DNA of 63,744 bases, filler included, from Eubacteriales bacterium (GCA_045636665.1; 4 parts of 4 records of this genome joined end to end with filler, not necessarily neighbours in it), one strand, 5' to 3'. Shown: positions 37,866-47,336, numbered from the whole stretch's first letter. The notes: generated by a model not told the origin, from the letters alone. Program-made: numbers and translations.

Positions 37866-39128
37866 ATGAGTTTATTTGGCGGTGTTATTTCGATAAGTAA
37901 CATTTCAACCCTTTTGTTTGTAGTTTTTGCGGTTTTGATGCTTGGTTACGTGCTTGGCAGAATCACTGTCAAGGGTATTTCACTCGGTGATGCAGGCGTA
38001 TTTATCATTGCTCTTATCGCAGGCGCATTGTTCTTTACAGTATCCGAAGACGGTCAGCTTTTGTTCAGCGCATCTTCCAAGCCTTACGATTTCAACAGCG
38101 GACTTTCGCTTATCGAAAGTCTTGGTCTTGTGCTTTTCGTAACCTCGGTTGGCTTTATTGCAGGTCCTAAGTTCTTCGGCAACTTCAAAAGAAACTTTAA
38201 ATCCTACGTGCTTCTCGGCTTCATCATTATTCTTGCAGGCGGTCTTGCTGCGGCAGCATGTATTGCGATGGGCGAAGCTGTAGGTTACGGCGGAAGCATC
38301 GAAGAACAAGACGGCTTTGTTGCAATGATTGTCGGTCTTCTTTCGGGCTCGCTTACCTCTACCCCTGCATTTTCCGCTGCAAAGGCAACTGTTGCGGCTG
38401 AATATCAAGGCTTGGTATCCGTTGGTCACGGTATCGCTTATATCTTCGGCGTTATCGGTGTTGTTCTCTTCGTTCAACTTATTCCCAAGCTTACCAAGGC
38501 GAATATGGAACAAGAACGCGCAAAGCTTGTTATTAAGGAAGACCAAAACAAAAAGACCTTTGCCGGCAAGCTCTTTGAATTCGACCATATGGGTATCGCA
38601 CCTTTTGCGCTCGCCGCAATTTTGGGTACCGTTATCGGTCAAATCAAAATTCCCCTTTCGGGCGACGGCTTAAGCGGCACCTGCTTCTCGCTCACCACAA
38701 CGGGCGGTTGCTTGTTGGTAAGCCTTGTTATGGGTCACTTTTCGCGCATCGGCTGTGTGAACATTATGCCCTCTACGAGCACCCTTAAGCTCTTCCGCGA
38801 GCTTGGTCTTGTTCTCTTCCTTGTCGGCGCAGGTATCCCCGGCGGTGCTGAATTCGTTGAAAACTTCGATGCAATGTATTTCGTTTACGGAATTATTATG
38901 ACCGTCGTTCCGATGATCATCGGTTTCCTCTTTGCGAAATACGTTCTCAAGCTCAGCTTGCTTAACAACCTCGGTTCGCTTACAGGCGGTATGACCAGCA
39001 CACCCGCGCTCGGTACCCTTATCGGTACTGCAGGCACCGAAGACGTTGCGGCGGCTTATGCGGCGACCTACCCGATCGCACTTATCGCAGTCGTACTCGT
39101 TTCGCAGTTCCTGATTATTTTGTTATAA
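37866..39128 (+). CDS. AspT/YidE/YbjL-family transporter (duplicated membrane domain, no TrkA-C domains)
   Basis: Two repeats G..SGSLTSTPA / G..TGGMTSTPA and LGLVLF. Confidence 0.85.
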   Translation: MSLFGGVISISNISTLLFVVFAVLMLGYVLGRITVKGISLGDAGVFIIALIAGALFFTVSEDGQLLFSASSKPYDFNSGLSLIESLGLVLFVTSVGFIAGPKFFGNFKRNFKSYVLLGFIIILAGGLAAAACIAMGEAVGYGGSIEEQDGFVAMIVGLLSGSLTSTPAFSAAKATVAAEYQGLVSVGHGIAYIFGVIGVVLFVQLIPKLTKANMEQERAKLVIKEDQNKKTFAGKLFEFDHMGIAPFALAAILGTVIGQIKIPLSGDGLSGTCFSLTTTGGCLLVSLVMGHFSRIGCVNIMPSTSTLKLFRELGLVLFLVGAGIPGGAEFVENFDAMYFVYGIIMTVVPMIIGFLFAKYVLKLSLLNNLGSLTGGMTSTPALGTLIGTAGTEDVAAAYAATYPIALIAVVLVSQFLIILL

Positions 39129-39132
39129 AATC

Positions 39133-39161
39133 AAAAAGCCCGTTTTAAAAAACGGGCTTTT
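39133..39161 (+). terminator. Rho-independent terminator of the hdr-flx-frd operon
   Basis: AAAAGCCCGTTTT...AAAACGGGCTTTT. Confidence 0.8.
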
Positions 39162-39164
39162 CTC

Positions 39165-39193
39165 TTGCAAAATCTCTTTTTATAATGTATAAT
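39165..39193 (+). promoter_or_regulatory. SigA promoter of the PPIase gene
   Basis: TTGCAA-17 nt-TATAAT. Confidence 0.7.
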
Positions 39194-39224
39194 GAAATAA
39201 AATATAAGGAATACGGAGTATTTT

Positions 39225-39851
39225 ATGAAACGATTAATTTCTCTTTTACTCATCGCAGTTATGGCATTCACCTTCTTTACCGCTTGCGGCAGTGAAGAAG
39301 ATGAAAAATTTGTTTACGATGCAAACAAAACCTATTATGCTACAATCGCAATTAAGGAATACGGCGAAATTGTTGTAAAGCTCGATTCGATCCAAGCACC
39401 CAAAACCGTTGAAAATTTCGTTAACCTTTCTGTAAGCGGCTTTTATGACGGACTTACCTTCCACCGCATTATGGAAGGATTTATGATGCAGGGCGGCGAC
39501 CCCAACGGTAACGGCACCGGCGGTTCCGAACAGAATATTGTCGGCGAGTTTTCTGCTAACGGATATCTTAACACCCTTTCGCACAAGCGCGGTGTTATTT
39601 CGATGGCACGTCAGGGCGAAAACCCCTACACCGGTGAAAAAAATTACGACAGCGCAAGCAGTCAGTTCTTTATCTGTCATCAGGACAGCATTTTCCTTGA
39701 CGGTCAATATGCCGCTTTCGGCGTTGTTACCGAAGGTATGGACGTTGTTGATAAGGTTTGCAACGAAGCAATGCCTATTGATAACAACGGCACCATCCCC
39801 GCAAGAAATCAGCCGGTTATCGAAAAGATCACCATTACCTGGGACGAATAA
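39225..39851 (+). CDS. Cyclophilin-type peptidyl-prolyl isomerase, lipoprotein
   Basis: Lipobox FTAC; APKTVENF, FHRI, QGGDP, SMAR, SQFFI, LDGQYAAFG. Confidence 0.93.
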   Translation: MKRLISLLLIAVMAFTFFTACGSEEDEKFVYDANKTYYATIAIKEYGEIVVKLDSIQAPKTVENFVNLSVSGFYDGLTFHRIMEGFMMQGGDPNGNGTGGSEQNIVGEFSANGYLNTLSHKRGVISMARQGENPYTGEKNYDSASSQFFICHQDSIFLDGQYAAFGVVTEGMDVVDKVCNEAMPIDNNGTIPARNQPVIEKITITWDE

Positions 39852-39877
39852 GAAAATAACAAATTGGAAAAAAAATA

Positions 39878-39911
39878 TCACCCGTGCAAATTTGCACGGG
39901 TGAATTTTTTT
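39878..39911. terminator. Bidirectional terminator
   Basis: TCACCCGTGCAAA-TTTGCACGGGTGA with flanking A/T tracts. Confidence 0.8.
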
Positions 39912-42391
39912 TAGATTATATTATACATTGTGATGAAGTTTCCGTCTTTTTCATAATATGTGATCCACAAACAGTTATCGGAATAGGTTTCGGGCGGATC
40001 ATACATAGGAAGAAATTGACCGATAGCAAACTCAATTCTTTCGTCATCATCTTCGTAAAGTACAAAGCAAGTGCCGTTCATATTAATATAGTCTTCATCG
40101 GGCGGAGTTATACCAAGCTTTCTCAATACGTCTTGATGCTTATCCTTTGCGGTAATGCCCAAGACACGTTCTCGGTCGGGGTCGTTGCCAACCTGTCCGG
40201 ATTTCATAGAAGCAACGTACTGTCTTATTTCTTCGAGAACAGATTCATCGATACTTACGTTATACGTCTTACCCAATTCGGTTCCTTGATTGAGTATAAA
40301 ACGATTTTCTGCCATCAATGCATAAAAATCAACGTCTTTAGCGTTATCCTTAACGTCGTCCGACTTGTAAAGCGAAAGCGTTAGGGTGTTTTCGGTTTCG
40401 TTGTAATTCATATTGAAAATCGCTTTTTCATCTGCAAAAAGCTGTTTGCACAAATCATCGTCGATGATTATACGGCAGCTTTCGCAAGTCGCAATATTAA
40501 TGCAGGTAACGAAGTTGTCACCGTTTTTATAAACGAATGCAAACGATTTATCCGAGTTAAGAATGTAGCTGTCGCAATCGGCCAGCTTGTTCACTTCTCC
40601 ACTGAATATATTCTTTTTATACAATGCGTTATCGGAATAATAAACGTCAAAATATTCATAAGGTGCCAAATTCATTTTACCTTCAAGTATTTGATCGGTA
40701 TCGTCGCCTCCGTTTGCAATAAGGTGAGCATAATACTTACCGCCGCGTTCCATAATTGCGACTGTTTCATTTCTCGCCAGTTTAACAAATCTTCCCTTGA
40801 TCTTCACTTTGTCTGCTCTACCGTTTTTGACGGTGCAGAACACCCAAGTATCATCATCGGAATCAAAGAGCGTAAGGCGGTTATACCATACGTCTGCGTC
40901 ACACTTAAAGTAATTGCCTTTTCCTTTATCGGTTAAAACCTTATAATATATCACTTTGCCGTTATCGGAAATATAAGCCTTACTGCATCCGAGCATATCG
41001 TTTTCGGTATCTCTGTCTGTTATATCGACAAACTCATTGGTATTGATATAAAACGCCACATAGTATTCGCCGGAATAATCAACCGTTTCTCTTTTATCAT
41101 TTTTGTCAAGACGACATTCCATTCCGCCATAAATCGGCCAAGCACCGTTGATAGTTCCGGTAGGAGACGAAACCGTGAAAAAGCTTCCGTCCTTTGAAAA
41201 AACAATTTCACAACCGTCTGTAAAGCATCTGCTATCATCGATATTTATATCGATGATTTCATCGGTTGTTAAATTATAAATTACGTGTTTCGTTAAATAT
41301 TGAGGAATATCTGCGATTTTAACAATACAGCGTCCGCGTTCTGCATCGATCCAAATCGGAACGGCTGAATAGAAAATATTTTTATATTCATCTCTCGGTA
41401 ACTCGCAATATATTTTGAAGATAAAATCATAAAACATACGGCGAAACTCCGGATCTTCGGGATATATTTCATATTTTTCATGTTCAATATAATATCCGTC
41501 GAGATTTTTCAAAAAATCCATATCGGGAGCAAACGAAGCGCTTTCATATTCAAATAGTTTGCCATACAGCCAAGTAACTATCATATCACGGATATATTTG
41601 CGGTTCTTTTCGGCAGACGTAATGCCGGGATAGTATTCTTCGGCTTTTTTGAAAATATCATTTAAATAACGTTGTTCAACTTCAATACTTTCGCCGTTCA
41701 GCTTTTCGGCAAGATTGAACTCTTTGTCCTCTTTGGTATCGTAAATGATAGGATACAAAGAGTCGGAATAATAAATGATATATCTGTCGGCAAGGATGCT
41801 TTCAACCTTTATTGTCGAATCGACGTTAATTTTTATCGGTTCGGATTTGACAGCAGTATCGGACAAATAATTGCTTTGACCTGCAATGCTGTTAACAGGG
41901 CGAAGGTTCGCACCACTGCCATAGACTATCGAAAATGCCGAAAAGTCGGACTTATCCCAAAGATTCACAACGTTTTGAATAACGTCGCCGACTTCATCGG
42001 GCGGTACGTTTTCGCTGTTTTCATTATTTGAGGTTTCGTTTTCCGAAGGTTGATCGGAATTTTCGACGGATGAATCGTCGGAGCTTTCATCGGACGGTCT
42101 GAATTGACTGTTTTCGTCTTGCGACATATTTTCAACGTAGGAACTGTTATCCGTAAAAGCTTCACTGCTTTGCTGTAAATAGCTGTCGGAAGTGCTGTTA
42201 TAGTTTGGGCCGTCCGCACCTATATCGTCGCTAAACAGCGGTATTAAGGAGGTGAAAATGATAGCGACGCAAGCTGCAGAAGCAAAAGCAATATACAAAG
42301 GTCGTCTTTTTTTAATCGGTTTAACTGCATCTGTTATAAGGTCGTCGTCGATTGAACCTATGGCGTTTTGAAGAAATTCGTTATTTTTCAT
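39911..42391 (-). CDS. Large putative anti-sigma factor (TM plus big extracellular domain), 826 aa
   Basis: ATGA overlap with the sigma stop codon; N-terminal AIGSIDDDLI, one TM, Ser/Asp/Asn-rich linker. Confidence 0.7.
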   Translation of the reverse strand: MKNNEFLQNAIGSIDDDLITDAVKPIKKRRPLYIAFASAACVAIIFTSLIPLFSDDIGADGPNYNSTSDSYLQQSSEAFTDNSSYVENMSQDENSQFRPSDESSDDSSVENSDQPSENETSNNENSENVPPDEVGDVIQNVVNLWDKSDFSAFSIVYGSGANLRPVNSIAGQSNYLSDTAVKSEPIKINVDSTIKVESILADRYIIYYSDSLYPIIYDTKEDKEFNLAEKLNGESIEVEQRYLNDIFKKAEEYYPGITSAEKNRKYIRDMIVTWLYGKLFEYESASFAPDMDFLKNLDGYYIEHEKYEIYPEDPEFRRMFYDFIFKIYCELPRDEYKNIFYSAVPIWIDAERGRCIVKIADIPQYLTKHVIYNLTTDEIIDINIDDSRCFTDGCEIVFSKDGSFFTVSSPTGTINGAWPIYGGMECRLDKNDKRETVDYSGEYYVAFYINTNEFVDITDRDTENDMLGCSKAYISDNGKVIYYKVLTDKGKGNYFKCDADVWYNRLTLFDSDDDTWVFCTVKNGRADKVKIKGRFVKLARNETVAIMERGGKYYAHLIANGGDDTDQILEGKMNLAPYEYFDVYYSDNALYKKNIFSGEVNKLADCDSYILNSDKSFAFVYKNGDNFVTCINIATCESCRIIIDDDLCKQLFADEKAIFNMNYNETENTLTLSLYKSDDVKDNAKDVDFYALMAENRFILNQGTELGKTYNVSIDESVLEEIRQYVASMKSGQVGNDPDRERVLGITAKDKHQDVLRKLGITPPDEDYINMNGTCFVLYEDDDERIEFAIGQFLPMYDPPETYSDNCLWITYYEKDGNFITMYNII

Positions 42392-42948
42392 TTGACCAAT
42401 CCCCTTTCTGTAAGATGTGTGCGAAGTTTGTTTCGTGTTCGCATAAGCTTCATTTTTACCTTGCTTTCGCCGAAACAAAACCGTTTTGAAATTTCCTCGA
42501 TCGAATCGCAATAAAAATATCTGCAGATGAAAATTCTTCGCTCGGTTTCGGGAAGCGCACGCAAAAAATCGCTTATTACCTTTGCAAGCTCGTTTTCCTC
42601 GACGGTGGACAGAATGTTTTGACCGTCGGGAATACATTCGGAAAGCTCGTCATAGGACAAGGTTGCTTCTCCGTTTCCACGCTTTTGAGCGGTTTTAAAG
42701 CGAAGTTTTTTAAGCGAGAGGTTTCGTGTGATTTTTATAAGGAAAGCCGAAAAAACGTTTGGACGTTGCGGAGGAATTGAATTCCATGCGCCCAGATACG
42801 TATCGTTGACAGCCTCCTCGGCATCCTCTGCTACGTTTAGAATATTCATCGCAACCTTAAAGCACAGATTACCGTATTTGATCTGAGTTTCACGAATGGC
42901 CTGTTCGTCACGGTTGAAATAAAGTTCTATTATTTTTTCGTCGGTCAT
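42388..42948 (-). CDS. ECF sigma-70 factor
   Basis: MTDEKII.LY..RDE.AI, DAEE.VNDTY..AW, region 4 FICRY...SIEEI...ESKVK..L.R.R. Confidence 0.93.
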   Translation of the reverse strand: MTDEKIIELYFNRDEQAIRETQIKYGNLCFKVAMNILNVAEDAEEAVNDTYLGAWNSIPPQRPNVFSAFLIKITRNLSLKKLRFKTAQKRGNGEATLSYDELSECIPDGQNILSTVEENELAKVISDFLRALPETERRIFICRYFYCDSIEEISKRFCFGESKVKMKLMRTRNKLRTHLTERGLVK

Positions 42949-42975
42949 AAAAATCTCACCGCCCTTCACCAATAA

Positions 42976-43002
42976 AGTACCGTTTTGCGCGGGTTGGTCA
43001 CA
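42976..43002 (-). promoter_or_regulatory. Putative autoregulated ECF promoter
   Basis: Minus strand TGTGACC-N14-GGTACT just upstream of the sigma RBS. Confidence 0.5.
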
Positions 43003-43015
43003 AATTATATGAAAA

Positions 43016-43047
43016 CACCCGTGTAAAAAACACGGGTGAACTTTTTT
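43016..43047. terminator. Terminator hairpin at the end of the histidine phosphatase gene
   Basis: CACCCGTG-TAAAAAA-CACGGGTG. Confidence 0.7.
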
Positions 43048-43699
43048 ATCGGTCGTTAATGCGAAGTCCTGCATCGTAGATATGCTTTATTTCAGCAAGA
43101 CGACAAAGCTGAGGACGGGTATATCCACTTTCTTCGTTGCGGAAACGGAATTTTGTTACACTGCTTGTACCCAAGCTTATTGTCGGGAATACAAGACCGG
43201 GAGCCATACCGAGAAGGTGGGCAATCCAAGCGCCGCCAAAGCCGCCGTGACAGAATACGGCGATGCTTAAATCATTGGGTTCTGTAATTTTATACATAAA
43301 ACCTTCACGGCAATAGCCGAGAGAGGCAAGAAATTCATCGGAATTTTTTTGCATTTCGACAACCGTCTTCATACGGTCGTTATCAAGGAAATCCTTGAAA
43401 TCGTAAACGCCCTTTTGTACCGAAAAACTATACGTTGCTTCGCTATCGGGCTTAAGCTGATTCGACAGCATATAATCCATATGCTCTGCAGTCCAAGGAA
43501 GAATTTCGGAGGTCATACCCTTTGCTTTGCAGGTCGGCGCCGCGGTATCGATAGCTCTGCCGAGAGGAGAAGTATAAATCTTATCGATATGAACATCCTT
43601 TAACCAATCCGCAAGAGCGTGCGCTTCCTGCCAACCGAATTCAGTTATAGTATTATTTGCATAATCGGGGTCTGCGTGGCGAATAATGTATAATTTCAT
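43046..43699 (-). CDS. Histidine phosphatase (phosphoglycerate mutase-like) family protein
   Basis: IIRHA, SPL.RA..TA, CHGG. Confidence 0.88.
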   Translation of the reverse strand: MKLYIIRHADPDYANNTITEFGWQEAHALADWLKDVHIDKIYTSPLGRAIDTAAPTCKAKGMTSEILPWTAEHMDYMLSNQLKPDSEATYSFSVQKGVYDFKDFLDNDRMKTVVEMQKNSDEFLASLGYCREGFMYKITEPNDLSIAVFCHGGFGGAWIAHLLGMAPGLVFPTISLGTSSVTKFRFRNEESGYTRPQLCRLAEIKHIYDAGLRINDR

Positions 43700-43730
43700 T
43701 TTTAACTCCTTCAAATACATTTACACCAAT

Positions 43731-43795
43731 ATAATGCCACATATTTTATGAAATGTCAAATAAAACTTGCCATATTTTGGAATCCGTGATATAAT
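43731..43795. promoter_or_regulatory. Divergent SigA promoters
   Basis: Minus: TTGACA-17-CATTAT (43759-43731); plus: TTGCCA-17-TATAAT (43767-43795). Confidence 0.7.
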
Positions 43796-43818
43796 TTTAA
43801 AAACGGAGGTGTTTTTTG

Positions 43819-44640
43819 ATGGACAAAGTAATTTTGAAAGAATTTGTTATCCCTTTTAAGGGGATTTCCAAGAAGACTATATATCATTTCAGCGATTCGC
43901 ATTTGACCGAATACGATGCCGAATCCGACATTAACGAAATCGAGCATTCCAAGAAGCAAACCGAAGCTTGGGAGGGTGTTCGAAAGGGCTTTTGCGAAGC
44001 ATACGGCTGCCCTTACGGAGAGCTTGAAATGCAAAGTGCGCAAGAGCATTTGGAAAATCTTTTGAATTGCGCCGCAGACGGCGATGCTTTGGTTATTGCA
44101 GGCGATACTATGGATTATATCAACGGCGCAAATCTTCGTATTTCCGAAAAGCTTTTCGGAAAGTTTGAAAAGCCGTTCGTTCAGGTTTGCGGCAATCACG
44201 AGCCGCATAATGATATTCCCGAAGGTTACGTCGTTTCGAAAATCAAAAACGAGATTCAAACCGTTGACCTTGGCGATATGATTATTATCGGACTTGATAA
44301 TTCGCAAAGAAAAATCACAGCTTCGCAATTAGACGCGCTTAAGGCATTCGCGCAGGAAGGTAAGCCGATGCTTTTGGTTATGCACGTTCCGATTATGAAC
44401 GATGAAAACCGCGAGCTTCTTTTAAAGAGCGGCGTTTATTTTCAGTTGAATTACGACGGATGTCCCAAGGAAAATCTTGAATTTATTGAATTTATCAAGG
44501 AAAACGGTGATAAGATTATCGCTGTGCTCGCAGGACATTTGCACTATTCAAACGTAAGCAAGATAAGCGATGACGTTACGCAATACGTTACCTCGCAAGG
44601 CGTTACCGGAAACATACACAGATACGTGATTGGAGAATAA
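43819..44640 (+). CDS. Calcineurin-like metallophosphoesterase
   Basis: SDSH, GDTMD, GNHE, MHVP, GHLH. Confidence 0.88.
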   Translation: MDKVILKEFVIPFKGISKKTIYHFSDSHLTEYDAESDINEIEHSKKQTEAWEGVRKGFCEAYGCPYGELEMQSAQEHLENLLNCAADGDALVIAGDTMDYINGANLRISEKLFGKFEKPFVQVCGNHEPHNDIPEGYVVSKIKNEIQTVDLGDMIIIGLDNSQRKITASQLDALKAFAQEGKPMLLVMHVPIMNDENRELLLKSGVYFQLNYDGCPKENLEFIEFIKENGDKIIAVLAGHLHYSNVSKISDDVTQYVTSQGVTGNIHRYVIGE

Positions 44641-44642
44641 AG

Positions 44643-45797
44643 ATGACTTATAACTCTCTTATTGAAAAATTCAACTTTCAAATGCCCGATTATGCGCAAA
44701 ATTATTTTGACGATTTCGTTAAAGAATACGACCGCAAAAAGCCGTTGCTTTCGGAAGAGGATGCGGCAATGGTTTGCGATGTAACCGGTTTGCCCGAAGA
44801 AGCAAAGGAAACTCTTATTAAATGCGCAAAAGCGATAAACGAAAACGATGACGCGCATTTGTGCGGCTCGTTTCTTGCGGATTTGACGGTTTACAAGCGC
44901 AAGCCGTGGGTTAATTATATTTATCAGACCGATCTTTTTACTGTTGACGGACTTTATCCCGAGCAGGTTGGTTGGGTTATCGTTGCGGTGATGCTTGCAA
45001 ACACGCTTAATAACAAAAAGCCGCCCGAAGACCTCAACCTTGAAAACCTTAACGCCTTCAAGGCATACAGCAACAGCTGCTTTAACAGCAAGGGTTATTG
45101 GGGTATTGTTGAATGGCATTGGAATATGCTTTGCGCAAGCGGCAGTATGTTCCTTTTCGGTATTCTTAAATTTGTTCCGAGCGAATTTACAAGCAGCTTC
45201 CCGATTATTACAAACGGAAAAGAATACGTTTCACTTGCAGGCGGTGAATATTTTATCGGCAAAGAAGGCGAGCTTGTCGATTGCGAAGAAAAATCAGTTG
45301 GCAAGACCTCGTACCTTGAGGACGATTCAAGCTATGTCGGTCACGTCGTTTCACAAAACGGCAGTGTTGCTTTGACCGCTACCAAATTCGATAAATCGGT
45401 ATGGCACGATTTCCTTCGCGGCGGCGACCATACCATCGACATTCATATACCTGCCAAGGTCGAATACACACCCGAAAAGTTCAAGGAAGCGTTTAAAATG
45501 GCGCTCGATTTCTACAACAATTATTATCCCGACCACAAAACGAAGGCTTTCGCTTGTTATTCGTGGATACTTTCCGCACAGCTTGACAAGGTTTTGCCCG
45601 AAAACAGCAACATTTTAAAGGTTAACAGCCGTTTGCATTTGCTTCCCCAAATCGGCACCTTTGACGAAAATATTATGTTTATCCGCAAGGGCTCTTCGCT
45701 TCAGCAGAAAATTGCGGACGAGCGCGCAAAGGGTACAGAATTCCACTTTGGCGTTATGTATTCTCCGCTTGACGAGCTTGAAAATTTAGATGCTTAA
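44643..45797 (+). CDS. Acyltransferase-domain protein (DUF5596/GNAT-like)
   Basis: LF.FG.L.F, IDIHIP, F.C.SWIL..L...LP..SNI. Confidence 0.65.
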   Translation: MTYNSLIEKFNFQMPDYAQNYFDDFVKEYDRKKPLLSEEDAAMVCDVTGLPEEAKETLIKCAKAINENDDAHLCGSFLADLTVYKRKPWVNYIYQTDLFTVDGLYPEQVGWVIVAVMLANTLNNKKPPEDLNLENLNAFKAYSNSCFNSKGYWGIVEWHWNMLCASGSMFLFGILKFVPSEFTSSFPIITNGKEYVSLAGGEYFIGKEGELVDCEEKSVGKTSYLEDDSSYVGHVVSQNGSVALTATKFDKSVWHDFLRGGDHTIDIHIPAKVEYTPEKFKEAFKMALDFYNNYYPDHKTKAFACYSWILSAQLDKVLPENSNILKVNSRLHLLPQIGTFDENIMFIRKGSSLQQKIADERAKGTEFHFGVMYSPLDELENLDA

Positions 45798-45802
45798 CAA
45801 AA

Positions 45803-45835
45803 GAACAGACCTCGTTACGAGGTCTGTTTATTTTT
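45803..45835. terminator. Bidirectional terminator overlapping the MFS stop codon
   Basis: AACAGACCTCGT-T-ACGAGGTCTGTT. Confidence 0.8.
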
Positions 45836-47059
45836 CGCCGATTTTTTATGTATGTAAAAATAAACGAATATCGCCACAAGCGGAAAGAGTGCGCCGACAA
45901 GCATACCGAGCTTCATCCCGAATTGATCGGGACTTAACGATAACGATTGAGCGATAACATTCATTGAAGGCGACCGAGAAACCGTGTCGGTGATTATCCC
46001 GACGAGCTGAGGGCCGACCGAAGCGCCGAAATCACCGCCTGCCGCCATCATTGCGAAGATAAATACTCCTGCCTTTGGGAAATATTCCTGAACGACGATA
46101 AGACAGCCCGGCCACATCATCGAGGTGAAAAAGCCGGTAAGAGCACACGCAATCAAGCCGATTACCGCAACGTTCGATACGGCGGCGGTAACGTAACAAG
46201 CAAACGCGCCGATTGCGCCGCCGATTAAAATTATCGATATTCTTTTGCCGTATTTCGCGTAAAGCGTTCTGCCCAATCCCAAGGTCGCGCCAAACATCGC
46301 AACACCGAATATATCGCCCCATACCTTGTCTATTCCGAGTGCGCGTTCAATATAACCCGAGCTCCATTGCGCCATTGTACATTCGGACGCGCCGCCTAAA
46401 AAGATTGCCGCTACGCAAAGCCACAGTCTTTTGCTTTTTAACTGCTTGAGTGCGCCCGAAACACGCTTCGGTGTTTCCATTTCGGGAATATCGGATTTTA
46501 AAAACAATGAAAACGCCACTATCGGAATAGCCGCAAAGATAAGCGCAAGGTATTGCCAATTTTCTCCGCCTGCAAGCATTATGTAAACCGAGCTGACAAT
46601 TACAACACCGACAACGCCCCAAGCATAAACAGAATGGAGCTTCGACATTTCCCTATCGGGGTCTTTCGACGGAAGCGCCGCTATAACCGGACTTATCAAC
46701 ACCTCGCCAAGACCTGCCGCAGACGCGAATATTAGCGTACCGAGGAGAAGACCAAGATATATGTTATTCGGGAAAACGTATGGCCAAACGGCATAAAACA
46801 CCAAGCCGATTGCGGCGATAAGCGGTGTTGCTTTTACCGTTTTTTTGATATTGAATTTGTGCGAGAAAAACGAGAATATCAAATCAACCAACAATTGAGT
46901 GGAAAATCCGACAAGCACCAAGGTACCCAAAAGCGAATATGAAATTCCGTAAAGCGTGCGGAACGTGATAAACAGCACGGGTGAAAGGTTTGCCACCACC
47001 GACATTGTAATGCTCGTTGTATAGCACGCAAATTTCAAACGTTTATATTTGTTTTGCAT
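45815..47059 (-). CDS. MFS transporter
   Basis: About 12 TM segments in two halves; 414 aa. Confidence 0.85.
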   Translation of the reverse strand: MQNKYKRLKFACYTTSITMSVVANLSPVLFITFRTLYGISYSLLGTLVLVGFSTQLLVDLIFSFFSHKFNIKKTVKATPLIAAIGLVFYAVWPYVFPNNIYLGLLLGTLIFASAAGLGEVLISPVIAALPSKDPDREMSKLHSVYAWGVVGVVIVSSVYIMLAGGENWQYLALIFAAIPIVAFSLFLKSDIPEMETPKRVSGALKQLKSKRLWLCVAAIFLGGASECTMAQWSSGYIERALGIDKVWGDIFGVAMFGATLGLGRTLYAKYGKRISIILIGGAIGAFACYVTAAVSNVAVIGLIACALTGFFTSMMWPGCLIVVQEYFPKAGVFIFAMMAAGGDFGASVGPQLVGIITDTVSRSPSMNVIAQSLSLSPDQFGMKLGMLVGALFPLVAIFVYFYIHKKSAKNKQTS

Positions 47060-47270
47060 TTTATTTCCTCGAAGTGATTGATGTCATCATCTTACCACAG
47101 CAGTCAATTTATTTCAATCGTTTTCTTATTATTTATCTTTCAAAACTTAACCTTTGCGAAACATTTGAAGTTTACTATTAATTTGTATAGGTCTACCGAC
47201 AGTAGAGTCTTGATTTTTCCACTCTACTTCCCACTTACAAAGAGTATAGTTTAATATTTGTTTAAATCGC

Positions 47271-47299
47271 TTGAAACCTTTTGAAAATTTTTGTATAAT
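47271..47299 (+). promoter_or_regulatory. SigA promoter of the acyltransferase-GT8 operon
   Basis: TTGAAA-17 nt-TATAAT. Confidence 0.7.
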
Positions 47300-47336
47300 G
47301 CTTAAAGTTTAAAAACGTATTTTAGTGAGGTGCGGT

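Noticed and set aside
42392..42637. ORF-track N-terminal extension of the 908-aa ORF
   Set aside because: It overlaps the sigma gene; the real start is ATG 42391 with an ATGA overlap and RBS.
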